Source of the DNA: a virus
Taxonomy: Duplodnaviria; Caudoviricetes
Virus record (IMG/VR): IMGVR_UViG_3300036715_003821
Location: 1-62,028 of that record
Strand: one strand, 5' to 3'
Length of the DNA: 62,028 bases
The position numbers and the translations under genes are program-made. The first letter of the stretch is position 1; every line of letters starts with the position of its first letter. This document shows positions 28,650-38,678 of this stretch, in pieces. The notes below the pieces were generated by a model, which did not search any database, had not been told where the DNA came from, and was given only the letters and a program-made list of their open reading frames with translations.

Positions 28650-29291
28650 TTATATAAAAATATTCAAATCTCTCATGTATTTTATTTCCTGCAAAATCCT
28701 TTCTCTTTCATAACATTTTTCGCCAATGTTTACTTTGAATTTTAAATCCCACTTAGATTCAAAATTACAAACAATAAAAGTAAAGTTTCTTATAAAAGAA
28801 ACAAAAGCAATATTAAATTTTTTTTTCAATTTATCATCATTAAACAATATTGTTGGGTCAATAAAATTGATTTCATTACCATTGATTAAATTGAAAAGAC
28901 TAAGCTTTAGGTTTATTTTATTAACTTCATTTAACTCATGCAAATCAGTGATACTAAATTTGAAGTCATCTGTAATAAATTCTTGCGTTACAATAGGTAG
29001 CTTTATTTTAAAACGCATGAATCTTGTTTTTTTTGTGTGATGCTTGCACGAAAGTTTAGAGTAAGAAATTTTTGTTATATGATCTTGTAAAGGGGACTTC
29101 CTAACAAACTTATAGGTAAAATGAAAAAAAGGCTTTTTAATATATATATGCGTATTGAAATTGTATTTTTTATACAATTCATGATTAGATACTTCGTAAA
29201 TATACTGTTGCTTTTTGTAAAAGAAAAGATGTTTTTTCTTTTTAAAAACCAAAGTATCAAGCCTTTTCTTTATTTTATCTAATTCAATCAT
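28650..29291 (-). CDS. hypothetical protein
   Basis: 213-aa Lys-rich ORF. Confidence 0.6.
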   Translation of the reverse strand: MIELDKIKKRLDTLVFKKKKHLFFYKKQQYIYEVSNHELYKKYNFNTHIYIKKPFFHFTYKFVRKSPLQDHITKISYSKLSCKHHTKKTRFMRFKIKLPIVTQEFITDDFKFSITDLHELNEVNKINLKLSLFNLINGNEINFIDPTILFNDDKLKKKFNIAFVSFIRNFTFIVCNFESKWDLKFKVNIGEKCYERERILQEIKYMRDLNIFI

Positions 29292-29899
29292 CCAAAAATA
29301 CCACTTCTTAAATAAGCGTTCACAAGTTCTTTTTTACCTAAAAAGTCGGATTCTTTTTGAAATGGAAATTCTTTATTGTTTTTATGTATAAAATCCATAA
29401 TAACACCTATATTGTAATTCATAACCATATAATAATTTTTTATGAAATTTTCTTGACTTTTATTATTTGGTTTTATATTGTACTTTTTAATAATGTCTTC
29501 CATCAAAAATAATTGATATTTTTTTCTAACTGTAACTTGTTCGAAAAAATCAATTTGTTTATCTAAATCTTTACTCAAATTTTTAAAAGAAACTATTTCT
29601 GATAAAAAATTAAATCCATTTTTAATAAGTGGTTTTTGCATTTTTATATCAGTAATTTTTATTGTCTTAATATATATTTTTGATTTAGGTTTTTTTGAAG
29701 ATACCCTAAATAAAATATCTTCATCTTCAATGTATTTTAATTCCAAATTAAGATTATGATTTAATACATAATTTTTACCTTCAAATAAATCATTTTGATT
29801 TTGTTTTACAAATTTTAGAAAATCTATTTTTTGCATTAGAAAATCAATTTGTTCTTCAAAGTTGTTGATATGATAATCAATCCAGTCAATTTTAGTCAT
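29288..29899 (-). CDS. hypothetical protein
   Basis: 203-aa ORF. Confidence 0.6.
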   Translation of the reverse strand: MTKIDWIDYHINNFEEQIDFLMQKIDFLKFVKQNQNDLFEGKNYVLNHNLNLELKYIEDEDILFRVSSKKPKSKIYIKTIKITDIKMQKPLIKNGFNFLSEIVSFKNLSKDLDKQIDFFEQVTVRKKYQLFLMEDIIKKYNIKPNNKSQENFIKNYYMVMNYNIGVIMDFIHKNNKEFPFQKESDFLGKKELVNAYLRSGIFG

Positions 29900-30564
29900 T
29901 TTTTACCATGCAATTTAATAAATGTTTTTTTGCTATCTTGATATAATTGAGCCGTATTTATTTGGGAAGATGTTATTTTACCAAAATGAACAACTGGAAC
30001 ATCTTGCTGTATCAACTTTATATTGTTTTTTCTAGCCACAAATGATAAATGAGTATCTTCAAAATAAGCAAAAAATTTTTCATTCCAAATCTTACCAGAG
30101 TCAGCTTTAGCTACTTTCTCCCAATTCACTTTACTAGAAGCAATACACCAACCAGATAAGTAAGATAATGGACTTGTAAGTTGCTTATCTACTTCTCGTA
30201 AAAAAGAAAAATCAGCCTTCAACTCACCCATTGTAGGTCCGACCAAACCTTCATCACAATGCTTTAACAATGCATCTGTCCAGTTTTCATGGTTTTCTTT
30301 CACACGAATATCGTTGTTAATAAAACAAACATAATCTGAAGTCGCATGTTCATAACCAATATTATTTGCCTTACCAAATCCTAGATTCTCTTCATTGCGA
30401 ATATATTTTATATGTGGATAAAGTTCTGGAATTTTAAATGTATCATCTTGTGATGCGTTGTCGACAACAATGATTTCATGATCTTTTAATTTTGATAAAT
30501 CATTTAAACATGATTTTGTGAAGTTGAATTTATTGTACACACAAATAATAAAAGAAAGTCTCAT
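29896..30564 (-). CDS. glycosyltransferase family 2
   Basis: SFIICVYN, IIVVDNASQD, NLGFGKANNIG, FINND, YFEDT. Confidence 0.9.
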   Translation of the reverse strand: MRLSFIICVYNKFNFTKSCLNDLSKLKDHEIIVVDNASQDDTFKIPELYPHIKYIRNEENLGFGKANNIGYEHATSDYVCFINNDIRVKENHENWTDALLKHCDEGLVGPTMGELKADFSFLREVDKQLTSPLSYLSGWCIASSKVNWEKVAKADSGKIWNEKFFAYFEDTHLSFVARKNNIKLIQQDVPVVHFGKITSSQINTAQLYQDSKKTFIKLHGKK

Positions 30565-30594
30565 ACACCCTTATATAGCGCATGAGACCGTTTT

Positions 30595-31056
30595 TTAATC
30601 ATTTTTGATATACCTGTTAAATACCAAATTATATTGAATGGTTTGGTAATAATGCTTGTATACACTTGGTATTGAATTTATAAATATTGTTGATTCATCT
30701 ATCTCAACAACATCTGGTACAATTGTTTCGTAAATAATATCTCCTATATTTTCTTTAAAACACTTGTTGTAAATAGAAGCTCCACCAATAATAAAAGCAT
30801 TATTTTCTGTATAAGTTAAAGCATCTTCTAGTGATGTAAATGTTTCAATATCTTTTATTGGTATGGATGATAAAACAATGTTTTTTCTTTTTGGTAAAGG
30901 TCTTCCAATGCTTTCAAATGTTTTTCTACCCATAATGATTGTTGAGTTTAATGTTTTTTCCTTAAAGAATTTGAGGTCCTCTGAATGATGCCAACATAAT
31001 TGGTTGTTTTTCCCAATTACATTTTGATTGTTTTTTGCGTAAATAATAGATATCAT
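30595..31056 (-). CDS. folA: dihydrofolate reductase
   Basis: VIGKNNQL.W..EDLKFFK, IMGRKTFESIGRPLPKR, IIGGA. Confidence 0.95.
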   Translation of the reverse strand: MISIIYAKNNQNVIGKNNQLCWHHSEDLKFFKEKTLNSTIIMGRKTFESIGRPLPKRKNIVLSSIPIKDIETFTSLEDALTYTENNAFIIGGASIYNKCFKENIGDIIYETIVPDVVEIDESTIFINSIPSVYKHYYQTIQYNLVFNRYIKND

Positions 31057-31067
31057 ATTTTAAATGC

Positions 31068-31097
31068 AAAAAAAATGAGGCTTGGTAGCCTCATTTT
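31068..31097 (-). terminator. intrinsic terminator
   Basis: aaaaaaaaTGAGGCT tggt AGCCTCAtttt. Confidence 0.85.
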
Positions 31098-31106
31098 ATG
31101 TTGTTA

Positions 31107-32099
31107 TCAGTTAAGATTTAACATTGGTGTCGCACCAGCTCCCATGTAAGCGGGTAGTTTACCATCCCAGTAGTACAAGGATTTATATCGCAATACAGCA
31201 GGTGTTAATGTTGAATTAATTTTCTTATTGGCTGTTGAATCAGCCTCTGCTGTCATGACTTTAGAATCTGCTTCAGCCTTTGTTTTGATAAGGAGAGCAT
31301 CAGCATCACCCTTGGCTTTTTGTCGAACTGCATCTGCGGCACCATTTGCAGCCGCAACAGCTTGTTCGGCTTCTGCTTTTACTTGACGAACTTTGTTCTC
31401 ACTTTGAATTGCATTTTGAGTTGCTGCAATTGCATTGTTAATTGAACTTGCAACATTTTCTGGCAATCGTAATGCACCGTTTACAGTAAGTTGATCAATG
31501 ATAATACCATCTTTATCAAAGATAAGCTTTACTTTTTGATTTACATCTGCAATAAGCTTTGTTTTACCTGCTCCATAGATTTCTTGAACTTGCATTTTGG
31601 AGGCAACATCCCCAAAAGCTTCTCGGATAATATTCCTCATATATCCATAACCAAGTTCTCGCATATCTGTTTGCTTAAAACGTGCATAAAGTTGAGGAGC
31701 CATATTGGGATCAATATGAAAGCTGCAACCAACATCTGCGCCAACATTCACACCTTCCACTGAGGAAAAGGTAATGGATTCATCACCAGCATGACTTGTG
31801 TCATTTTTTGACTTTTCTTCCTTGGATTGCCCTTCATTTGGACTTGCGCTTAGCACAATGTTTTGTACGTTTACAGGAAACTCTACAATATCCTCAGTAA
31901 GAGGATTGTACATTACCCAACCTGTTTTAAGTTGCATATCTTGTACGCCTCTCGCCGATCCTGATAATCGAACCTTTACGCCAACATGACCTACTGACAC
32001 ACGAGTTGTACTACATCCAGCCGTCGCACCACCAATTACAAGTAAAATTAAAATCAACATTAAAACTAACTTAAACATTCCACTATCTTCACTTGACAT
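31107..32099 (-). CDS. SPFH/band-7 (prohibitin-like) membrane protein
   Basis: N-terminal TM, GHVGVKV, AEA-rich coiled coil, WDGKLP. Confidence 0.88.
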   Translation of the reverse strand: MSSEDSGMFKLVLMLILILLVIGGATAGCSTTRVSVGHVGVKVRLSGSARGVQDMQLKTGWVMYNPLTEDIVEFPVNVQNIVLSASPNEGQSKEEKSKNDTSHAGDESITFSSVEGVNVGADVGCSFHIDPNMAPQLYARFKQTDMRELGYGYMRNIIREAFGDVASKMQVQEIYGAGKTKLIADVNQKVKLIFDKDGIIIDQLTVNGALRLPENVASSINNAIAATQNAIQSENKVRQVKAEAEQAVAAANGAADAVRQKAKGDADALLIKTKAEADSKVMTAEADSTANKKINSTLTPAVLRYKSLYYWDGKLPAYMGAGATPMLNLN

Positions 32100-32113
32100 A
32101 TCTTACCTCAAAT

Positions 32114-32686
32114 TTATTTTGTAATTTCATACAGTAGGGACGCCAATACTGTTGCGTGTCCTACTTTAATTTTATCATTTTCCCACAAAGAATCGTAATT
32201 ATTATTTTCTGGAAGATTGTGAGAATCAAAATCTACCAAATGCAATGTTTTATTTTCAGATAAACATTGTTGATATATAGATGACAATCGTTTAAAAGCC
32301 TCAGTTTTCTTTACGGCTTTTGCGTAAAGAGGTATGTAAATTTCCTTTCTAGCCTCTACATACCCGAGAGTTTTTCCATCCCAAATGGAGCAAATAGGTT
32401 TTACATCTCTACCCATAGGATATCTTTCAGCTTTGCTAGAAAGCCAGCCCGCTTGAGCCCATGTAAAATACCTACTTGATGGCTTACCATTATCTGCATA
32501 GTATGCATACAATTTTGAATATTGCCATCCATTTTCTACGTTTTTAGAAAAATAATTACCATACAAATCTACAGGTCCAAGAAAAAAAGGACTCAAACCT
32601 GAAGACCAATTTTCAGAACGTGATGTTGTATTTACACTAACATCTGTTTTATTTAACTTATAGTTAAAATTTACCAATTTAATCAT
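32114..32686 (-). CDS. DUF6939-like protein (possibly NADAR-related)
   Basis: LSPFFLGP..VENGWQYSK..GYVEARKEIYIPLY. Confidence 0.5.
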   Translation of the reverse strand: MIKLVNFNYKLNKTDVSVNTTSRSENWSSGLSPFFLGPVDLYGNYFSKNVENGWQYSKLYAYYADNGKPSSRYFTWAQAGWLSSKAERYPMGRDVKPICSIWDGKTLGYVEARKEIYIPLYAKAVKKTEAFKRLSSIYQQCLSENKTLHLVDFDSHNLPENNNYDSLWENDKIKVGHATVLASLLYEITK

Positions 32687-32690
32687 AATA

Positions 32691-33065
32691 TCAATTACAA
32701 TGTTCCTGAATGTATTTTGTTACTTTGCTCATTGAATGAATAGCATCAAGTAATGTATCGGCTAATGTTTTCCCCTTAAAAACAATGGAGCCATTTTCTT
32801 TGAAAGTTTTGTTAATGGATAAAATATTCAATTCAGTATGTTCAATGATGATTACCTCTGTATCACTTTTTGCACCATCACAGTAAATTAAATGAGGTTC
32901 AACAATCCATTCTTGTTGTTCACTGGCATAAGCAATATGCAAACCAATAAAACACTCATATGGATCTTGTTTTGAGAAAAAATTGATAAGCTTATCTTTA
33001 GATTGATACAACGAAGTTGTTAGTTCTGTATATAAGCTGGCAATCTTTTGATCATAATCATTCAT
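32691..33065 (-). CDS. hypothetical protein
   Basis: Start reassigned to MNDYDQK. Confidence 0.55.
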   Translation of the reverse strand: MNDYDQKIASLYTELTTSLYQSKDKLINFFSKQDPYECFIGLHIAYASEQQEWIVEPHLIYCDGAKSDTEVIIIEHTELNILSINKTFKENGSIVFKGKTLADTLLDAIHSMSKVTKYIQEHCN

Positions 33066-33201
33066 CATCATTCTCACATTCAAAAGACCTTGATTTTTTT
33101 GAAGACTTAGGAAGTTTATTGTTTTTCGCAAGCAATGCTTTACGAGAAAACTTATCCGATTTTTCAAAAGAGTCACGATTCTTTTTCCATTTGCTTTCCA
33201 T
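33058..33201 (-). CDS. small basic protein, 47 aa (MESKWKKNRD...)
   Basis: GGAGA RBS; first gene after the promoter at 33243. Confidence 0.55.
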   Translation of the reverse strand: MESKWKKNRDSFEKSDKFSRKALLAKNNKLPKSSKKSRSFECENDDE

Positions 33202-33242
33202 TTCACTTCTCCATAATTGGTGGGCGGCTTACCCACCTTTTG

Positions 33243-33270
33243 AATGTAATGCTGCGTTGCGTCCTGTCAA
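33243..33270 (-). promoter_or_regulatory. sigma70-type promoter with downstream 5' hairpin
   Basis: TTGACA-ggacgcaacgcagcat-TACATT, then GGTGGG..CCCACC. Confidence 0.8.
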
Positions 33271-33283
33271 CGCCTTCGACGCA

Positions 33284-33739
33284 TCAAAAATAAAAATCAT
33301 TGCAATTTTTGGCAAATAAATCAAAACCTTGTTTTATCTTGTATCTACTAAGACCATTTTCTACGGAAAAACAATTTATAATTTCGTTAATATCTATTAA
33401 AAGATTTGGCTGAATATTTTCAACACCTTTTATTTGTTTAAACCTAACTAATAAGTCTTTTATTAAAAGAGCTGTATAATGATCTAAATCTTGAATTTCT
33501 CGGTCTGATGCTTTGTATAATTTTCTTTGACAAAATTCACCAAATTTATGATTACAATTCATTATACTTTCAATAAATCTTTTTACTGGATATCTTATAT
33601 CAGATGAATGTTTATCAAAAGCATCTTCTGGCACAAAGTGATTATTTACTATCCTAAAATGTTTTTTATGAAATTCATCCAATGAAAGATAAAAAATATG
33701 ACTATATTCATTTCCAAATTTCAAAATTTTTGTTAGCAT
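33284..33739 (-). CDS. hypothetical protein
   Basis: 151-aa ORF. Confidence 0.6.
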   Translation of the reverse strand: MLTKILKFGNEYSHIFYLSLDEFHKKHFRIVNNHFVPEDAFDKHSSDIRYPVKRFIESIMNCNHKFGEFCQRKLYKASDREIQDLDHYTALLIKDLLVRFKQIKGVENIQPNLLIDINEIINCFSVENGLSRYKIKQGFDLFAKNCNDFYF

Positions 33740-34277
33740 GTAATTTCTCCATAATATCTTCCATGGAAAATATAGGTTTTCTTTCTTTGATTTTTTTTCT
33801 TAATATACTTTTCTCAATATTAGAAATAAAATCACCAAGCGTTTTACCCAACAAATGATCATACTCATGTTGAATGATCCTAGCTTGCCAATCTTGTGAA
33901 TCAAGAGTTTGTGGCAAACCATGTATATCCATGTAATCCACACGTATATTTAATGATCTTTTCATGGGTATGATGACGCCTGGAAAAGACAAACAACCTT
34001 CATCTTCAATGGCAATATTATTTGAATCGCATGTTAGTTTTGGATTGATAAAAATCATCGGTTGATGTTTTTCATTTTCTTTTGGAGATGAAAATTCATC
34101 TATGATAAACAAATTTATATTTTCTCCAATTTGTGGTGCAGCTAAACCCACACCACGATCATTGTACATAATATAAAACATGTCTAAGATTAATTTCTTC
34201 AAATGATCATCAAACAAAGTAATATCTTTGTTTTTTCTTTTTAAGATTGGATCATTAAAATATTTTAATCTATTCAT
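33708..34277 (-). CDS. def: peptide deformylase
   Basis: GVGLAAPQ, EGCLS, QHEYDHL. Confidence 0.95.
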   Translation of the reverse strand: MNRLKYFNDPILKRKNKDITLFDDHLKKLILDMFYIMYNDRGVGLAAPQIGENINLFIIDEFSSPKENEKHQPMIFINPKLTCDSNNIAIEDEGCLSFPGVIIPMKRSLNIRVDYMDIHGLPQTLDSQDWQARIIQHEYDHLLGKTLGDFISNIEKSILRKKIKERKPIFSMEDIMEKLHANKNFEIWK

Positions 34278-34479
34278 CTTTAAAGCCAGATCTTTTTAAG
34301 AAACGTCTTATGGTATAATAAACATTAAAGTCACTTGGTGTAAGTGCAATCACAACAATATCATGTTTTGAATTTGGTGGTATTAAACTAAGTGACTTTT
34401 TGTTTTGAGTTAATGTAAATCCTTGCTCAATCGCTTTGTTTAAAAGCTGCTTTACTTTTTTGTTGTAAAGAATGTTCAT
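34270..34479 (-). CDS. HicA-like (dsRBD-fold) small protein
   Basis: LLNKAIEQGF..TPSD..LKRSGF; the canonical His is absent. Confidence 0.45.
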   Translation of the reverse strand: MNILYNKKVKQLLNKAIEQGFTLTQNKKSLSLIPPNSKHDIVVIALTPSDFNVYYTIRRFLKRSGFKDE

Positions 34480-34793
34480 ACATCATCTTCATCTTCATCT
34501 TCTTCATCTTCTTCGTCCTCTACATCATCCTCGCCATCAATACTTTCTCCATATTGGATTTTTTCCCACTCATCTTCTGTAACTAATTTGAAAAGGCAAT
34601 TTTCAGATGAATAACCATCTTCAAAGGCTTTTGATTGACCTTGTTGCAAATAAGATTTACGACTGTCATCCTCACTTTCTGTGAGGAAATAAACAGCATC
34701 AGGTTCTAAAACCATTTCTACACAGTCATTTGCATCTTCACAACCTTCATCATCACATTGCTCCATTGACCAAACAAGAAATACATAACTCAT
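34476..34793 (-). CDS. highly acidic protein
   Basis: Asp/Glu-rich throughout, with a poly-D/E tail. Confidence 0.65.
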   Translation of the reverse strand: MSYVFLVWSMEQCDDEGCEDANDCVEMVLEPDAVYFLTESEDDSRKSYLQQGQSKAFEDGYSSENCLFKLVTEDEWEKIQYGESIDGEDDVEDEEDEEDEDEDDV

Positions 34794-34960
34794 AATTATT
34801 CTCCTAGTAACATAAAATAAAACAATCGCTGTAAATATGATTATCTTTTGTGTGATAATCTAAACCAATAATATCACATATCGCAAACAAAAACGATATG
34901 TAAATAACTGTATAAAGAATCTCCCATAAAAAAGACCATATCAATAAAGTTAAAAACTTA

Positions 34961-36145
34961 TTAATTTTTTTCAAGCTTATAACCTTTGCCTTTCAATTTA
35001 ATGATTTTACGACCCAGCTTATGGTGATTGGATTCTGGAATACTACGCATTACAAAACCTTCTCTCACACATTTGCCCAAAACAGACTCACCTTCAGCAA
35101 ACTGCTTGAATTCATCTGAGTTTTTAAATTCACCTTTGTATAAAATGGGTGCGGTTTTTAAGCCAACTTCTTTGCATATTTTTTCAACTTCTGACCATTC
35201 CAAGTATTTTTTCTTGTATACATCATACATGTCGAAAACTCGGAAATCTCTTTCTTCTTTACCAGGGCAATCATAACGCCATTTTGAAAGATTACCATAC
35301 CATTCGCCAAAGATAGCAATTCCATTGTATTTCTTAAGCTTACGCTCAAGATCATATTTTTGAGCCATTGACCACCAATGATCATGAGAAAGCTTTGGAT
35401 CAAACCATTTAAGATAAATGGAAGTCTTTACAGCTTCATACAATTTGCCACAAGCTTCAAGTAAAGAAGAAACAGAAGATATCCTCTTAAAAAAATCACC
35501 ATATCTTACAGCCGGATGTTTTGCTTTAAAGAAATTACGTGAGCGAACCCAAAGTTTATTTTCCGCATAAACCATGCAAAGGTTTTGACCTTCAAGCTTT
35601 TCTTGAATTAAAACCTGCTCACCTTCTTCAAAAGCATAACCATATTTTGCCATACCTTCCAAGTCATACTTAAACATCTGAAATGTTTTTGGTGACTTTT
35701 CATTTTGATTATGGTTTTTTACTTTTTGAGAAACAACTTCATCAAGTTCTTCTTCATAAATACGCTTTTTCAAAGATAAGGCTTCTACTACAGAATCACC
35801 TTCTTTTAAGTCACTTGGAACTGGTGCAAGTAAACCTTCCGAATACGTTCCTCGCAAACGTCTTGCTTTGATGTAACGGTATTTTTCAGGAACCGAACCC
35901 ACTTCATACAAAGGAATTGTTTTACCATTATCATCTTTTCCTGTTGGACAAAGAAAATGAAATTGTTCAGTATCTGGAACAACAGTATCATAAGGTAAAA
36001 ATGCAGCCAAATCACCTTCTTTGAAGTCACCCTTTTTGAAAATAACTGGGTACTCATTCATTACAGTGGTAATGGAAAGAAAGTCAGAATTTGGTAGTGG
36101 TTTTACTTCTGAAATTTTAACTACAATAGGATGCCAATCACTCAT
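34961..36145 (-). CDS. RNA ligase, DRB0094 family (OB fold plus Rnl2-like)
   Basis: N-terminal tRNA-binding OB; EKLEG, GEWYG, FRVFD, EGFV, KLK. Confidence 0.88.
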   Translation of the reverse strand: MSDWHPIVVKISEVKPLPNSDFLSITTVMNEYPVIFKKGDFKEGDLAAFLPYDTVVPDTEQFHFLCPTGKDDNGKTIPLYEVGSVPEKYRYIKARRLRGTYSEGLLAPVPSDLKEGDSVVEALSLKKRIYEEELDEVVSQKVKNHNQNEKSPKTFQMFKYDLEGMAKYGYAFEEGEQVLIQEKLEGQNLCMVYAENKLWVRSRNFFKAKHPAVRYGDFFKRISSVSSLLEACGKLYEAVKTSIYLKWFDPKLSHDHWWSMAQKYDLERKLKKYNGIAIFGEWYGNLSKWRYDCPGKEERDFRVFDMYDVYKKKYLEWSEVEKICKEVGLKTAPILYKGEFKNSDEFKQFAEGESVLGKCVREGFVMRSIPESNHHKLGRKIIKLKGKGYKLEKN

Positions 36146-36759
36146 ACATTCACCTTACTTACAAAATCATTCATAATAATACCTGAAGCCACTGCGACAT
36201 TCAAACTTGGAACAGAGCCAAATTGGTTGATATGAACAATGTTATGACAAAAGGACTGCATAAAAGGACTAATGCCATATCCTTCCGATCCAAAGATCAT
36301 TAAAGTATTTGGCTTCCATTCAAAATCATTCATGGAAACACTTTTACCTTCCACATAATCCAAACCAACAATATGATCATGAGAGTTAAATAACTCTTTC
36401 AAACGATCAAAATCACGAACATAATTAACTGGAGTATAATGATATACACCACAGCAACCACGACGATCAAAACGTTTGTATCCTAAATAATAAACATCTC
36501 GGCATCCAAAAGCATTTGCATTCCGAATACCAGATGCCATATTGAAATCATGAAGGATATTCTCAAACAAAACAGAATAAGACTTTTTAGATTTATCAAG
36601 ATGCTTTTTGATTTCATCTTGACTCATATGTTTTAGATCTTTAGATACATTATAATTCCAAGAGTTTTTCAACTCTTCCTCATTGGGAAGAATCTTACTC
36701 ATAGTATCAAGGTATTCCGTTGGCATATCTGTTTTCTTAAGTTGCTCAAATTTATTCAT
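36142..36759 (-). CDS. SpoU/TrmH-family RNA 2'-O-methyltransferase
   Basis: NMASGIRNA, FGSEGYGI, SLNVAVASGI. Confidence 0.9.
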   Translation of the reverse strand: MNKFEQLKKTDMPTEYLDTMSKILPNEEELKNSWNYNVSKDLKHMSQDEIKKHLDKSKKSYSVLFENILHDFNMASGIRNANAFGCRDVYYLGYKRFDRRGCCGVYHYTPVNYVRDFDRLKELFNSHDHIVGLDYVEGKSVSMNDFEWKPNTLMIFGSEGYGISPFMQSFCHNIVHINQFGSVPSLNVAVASGIIMNDFVSKVNV

Positions 36760-37013
36760 TTTATTAATGATGTAAGATCTACATCATCTCCAATCCATTC
36801 ATGAGAAAGTGTATTATCTTCTAAACGTTCAATAGAAAGAACGACGTAGCCATCTGTTTTATGTGTTTCATCAAAAAATGGATATGTACCTTCTTTTAAA
36901 GAAACTGGAAACTCACCAAGATCTTTAATTGTTACATACCCTGATTTAACAGGTAATGATAAACAAATTACAGTTAGATCTTGGATGATTTTGCTTAAAA
37001 CAAATTGTTCCAT
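36756..37013 (-). CDS. hypothetical protein
   Basis: 85-aa ORF. Confidence 0.55.
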   Translation of the reverse strand: MEQFVLSKIIQDLTVICLSLPVKSGYVTIKDLGEFPVSLKEGTYPFFDETHKTDGYVVLSIERLEDNTLSHEWIGDDVDLTSLIK

Positions 37014-37017
37014 AAAT

Positions 37018-37215
37018 TCAAATCCTTGTTAACTCACGATTTGATAGATAAGATTCATCGCCATGATAAATTACTTTTTCAGCCGGGCGGCACATGTGAG
37101 GTGAATAATAAATATGATATTTACCTTTTTCAACCTCATCATAATGTGTGGCACCAAACAAATTGGTATTTTCAAAATTCATGTCTTTTTTATCAAGCTT
37201 GATTTTCTTTATCAC
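37018..37215 (-). CDS. hypothetical protein
   Basis: GTG start with GGAGG RBS, downstream of a promoter. Confidence 0.6.
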   Translation of the reverse strand: MIKKIKLDKKDMNFENTNLFGATHYDEVEKGKYHIYYSPHMCRPAEKVIYHGDESYLSNRELTRI

Positions 37216-37231
37216 AAGTCACCTCCGCATC

Positions 37232-37259
37232 AATGTAAGCACCCCGCTGGCGCTGTCAA
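37232..37259 (-). promoter_or_regulatory. sigma70-type promoter
   Basis: TTGACA-gcgccagcggggtgct-TACATT. Confidence 0.85.
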
Positions 37260-37695
37260 TACCTCTGGCGCCCACTTTCAGAACAACAAGATGTGTAACC
37301 ACAAAATGTGCGTTCTCTTAATTTACGAATTGCCTTGGTATTAATAATAGCTGGACCAATGATTTCAACATAAATTGTTGGTAAAGAACGTATCATTGCA
37401 TCCACAACATTATAAAATATTTGACATTTTATTTTTTCATTATCAGACAATGAATCATAATCATTTTCTTCAGATAAATGATGAGCATTTCTTGGATCTT
37501 TTAAAGAAGATCGGTTTAAATTATCAAATTTATTAATTTGATATTTTTATCATCATCATTCAAATTTTCCCAAGAAGAATAACTTTCACCAATCGTTGCA
37601 GCATATGCTGCCACAGCTTCATAACCAGCTTTTGCTAAAAGGTTTTGTCTTTCTATCACAAGCTTATTTGTTTTAAATTCATTAGGGACTTTCAT
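37256..37695 (-). pseudogene. frameshifted gene with RyR-repeat-like motifs
   Basis: MKVPNEF..SWENL.. joins ..YDSLSDNEKIKCQIF if one base is added in the A5 run at 37544-37548. Confidence 0.45.
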
Positions 37696-37830
37696 GATTT
37701 CTTCTTATTTACATAAAATACAACAACACGATCTGAGGATTTATATGCTCGTACCACACCTTTAAAAGGTAAAAACTTTTGAATTTTTTCGCTTGGCTTT
37801 TCAGTAGTTTGTAGGTCTTGTTCTTGCATA

Positions 37831-38592
37831 TCAAATCTCCACAATAAGGTTAGGGTTAAAAGATGGATTTTCTAATTTGTTTTTGGTATATTCATACCCA
37901 CGAGGATTGCATAAATACCGAGTAGAGTTATCTATAAAATCAAAAGAAGCATGAGTATGTCCAGATACCCAAAGTTTGGCATTCATGTAATTTTGTAAAA
38001 CATAAGGCTGGGCATGATAATAAAAAGTATTATCTTTGTCTGCATACAAAGGGTTTATTCCCTTCGGGTGAGCGAATGTATGAGTAACGACTACATCAGG
38101 GTCTCCATATTCTTGAAATGCATTTATCATAAATTCTTCACATTCATCCGTGAATTGATGATGATATTCTTGAAACCCAAGCATCTGATAAAAATCAGCA
38201 AATGTTTTATTTTCTGGGTTTTTATACATCCAAGGGCTTAGAAAAAACACCTTATCATCAATTTTAACAACTTTATTTAGACCCGATATAATACCGTAGT
38301 GTTCTAAAGTTTTTGACCAATCATCAAACTTCTTGATCATATGGTCATAACTTAAAAGTATCATTCCCCAAAAACAATGGTTACCTGGAACCCAAATGAT
38401 TTTTTTATCTGCTGGTATAATTTCACGTAAGTATTTGGCGAATTTACCTGTTTTGCTGCTCTCGCAAACATCTCCAGCAATAACTAAAACATCATAATCA
38501 CCTTCTGAGATACTTTTTATAATATTTCTTCCTGAGAATTTTTTATGATTAGAAACATCAAGATGCAAGTCTGATACTATTTTTAGCTTCAT
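37831..38592 (-). CDS. calcineurin-like metallophosphoesterase
   Basis: SDLH, AGD, PGNH, TH, GHTH, NPRGY. Confidence 0.9.
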   Translation of the reverse strand: MKLKIVSDLHLDVSNHKKFSGRNIIKSISEGDYDVLVIAGDVCESSKTGKFAKYLREIIPADKKIIWVPGNHCFWGMILLSYDHMIKKFDDWSKTLEHYGIISGLNKVVKIDDKVFFLSPWMYKNPENKTFADFYQMLGFQEYHHQFTDECEEFMINAFQEYGDPDVVVTHTFAHPKGINPLYADKDNTFYYHAQPYVLQNYMNAKLWVSGHTHASFDFIDNSTRYLCNPRGYEYTKNKLENPSFNPNLIVEI

Positions 38593-38600
38593 AGCCCACC

Positions 38601-38629
38601 AATATAACCATGCTTCGAACGATCGTCAA
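38601..38629 (-). promoter_or_regulatory. sigma70-type promoter (near-leaderless)
   Basis: TTGACG-17 nt-TATATT, ATG 8 nt downstream. Confidence 0.8.
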
Positions 38630-38678
38630 CCCCTCATAAAACAACATGGTATTTTTTTAACATTTTAATAGGGAATTT

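Noticed and set aside
33066-33236. N-terminal extension of ORF 32691..33236
   Set aside because: The region is better explained by a 47-aa gene with its own RBS in another frame.
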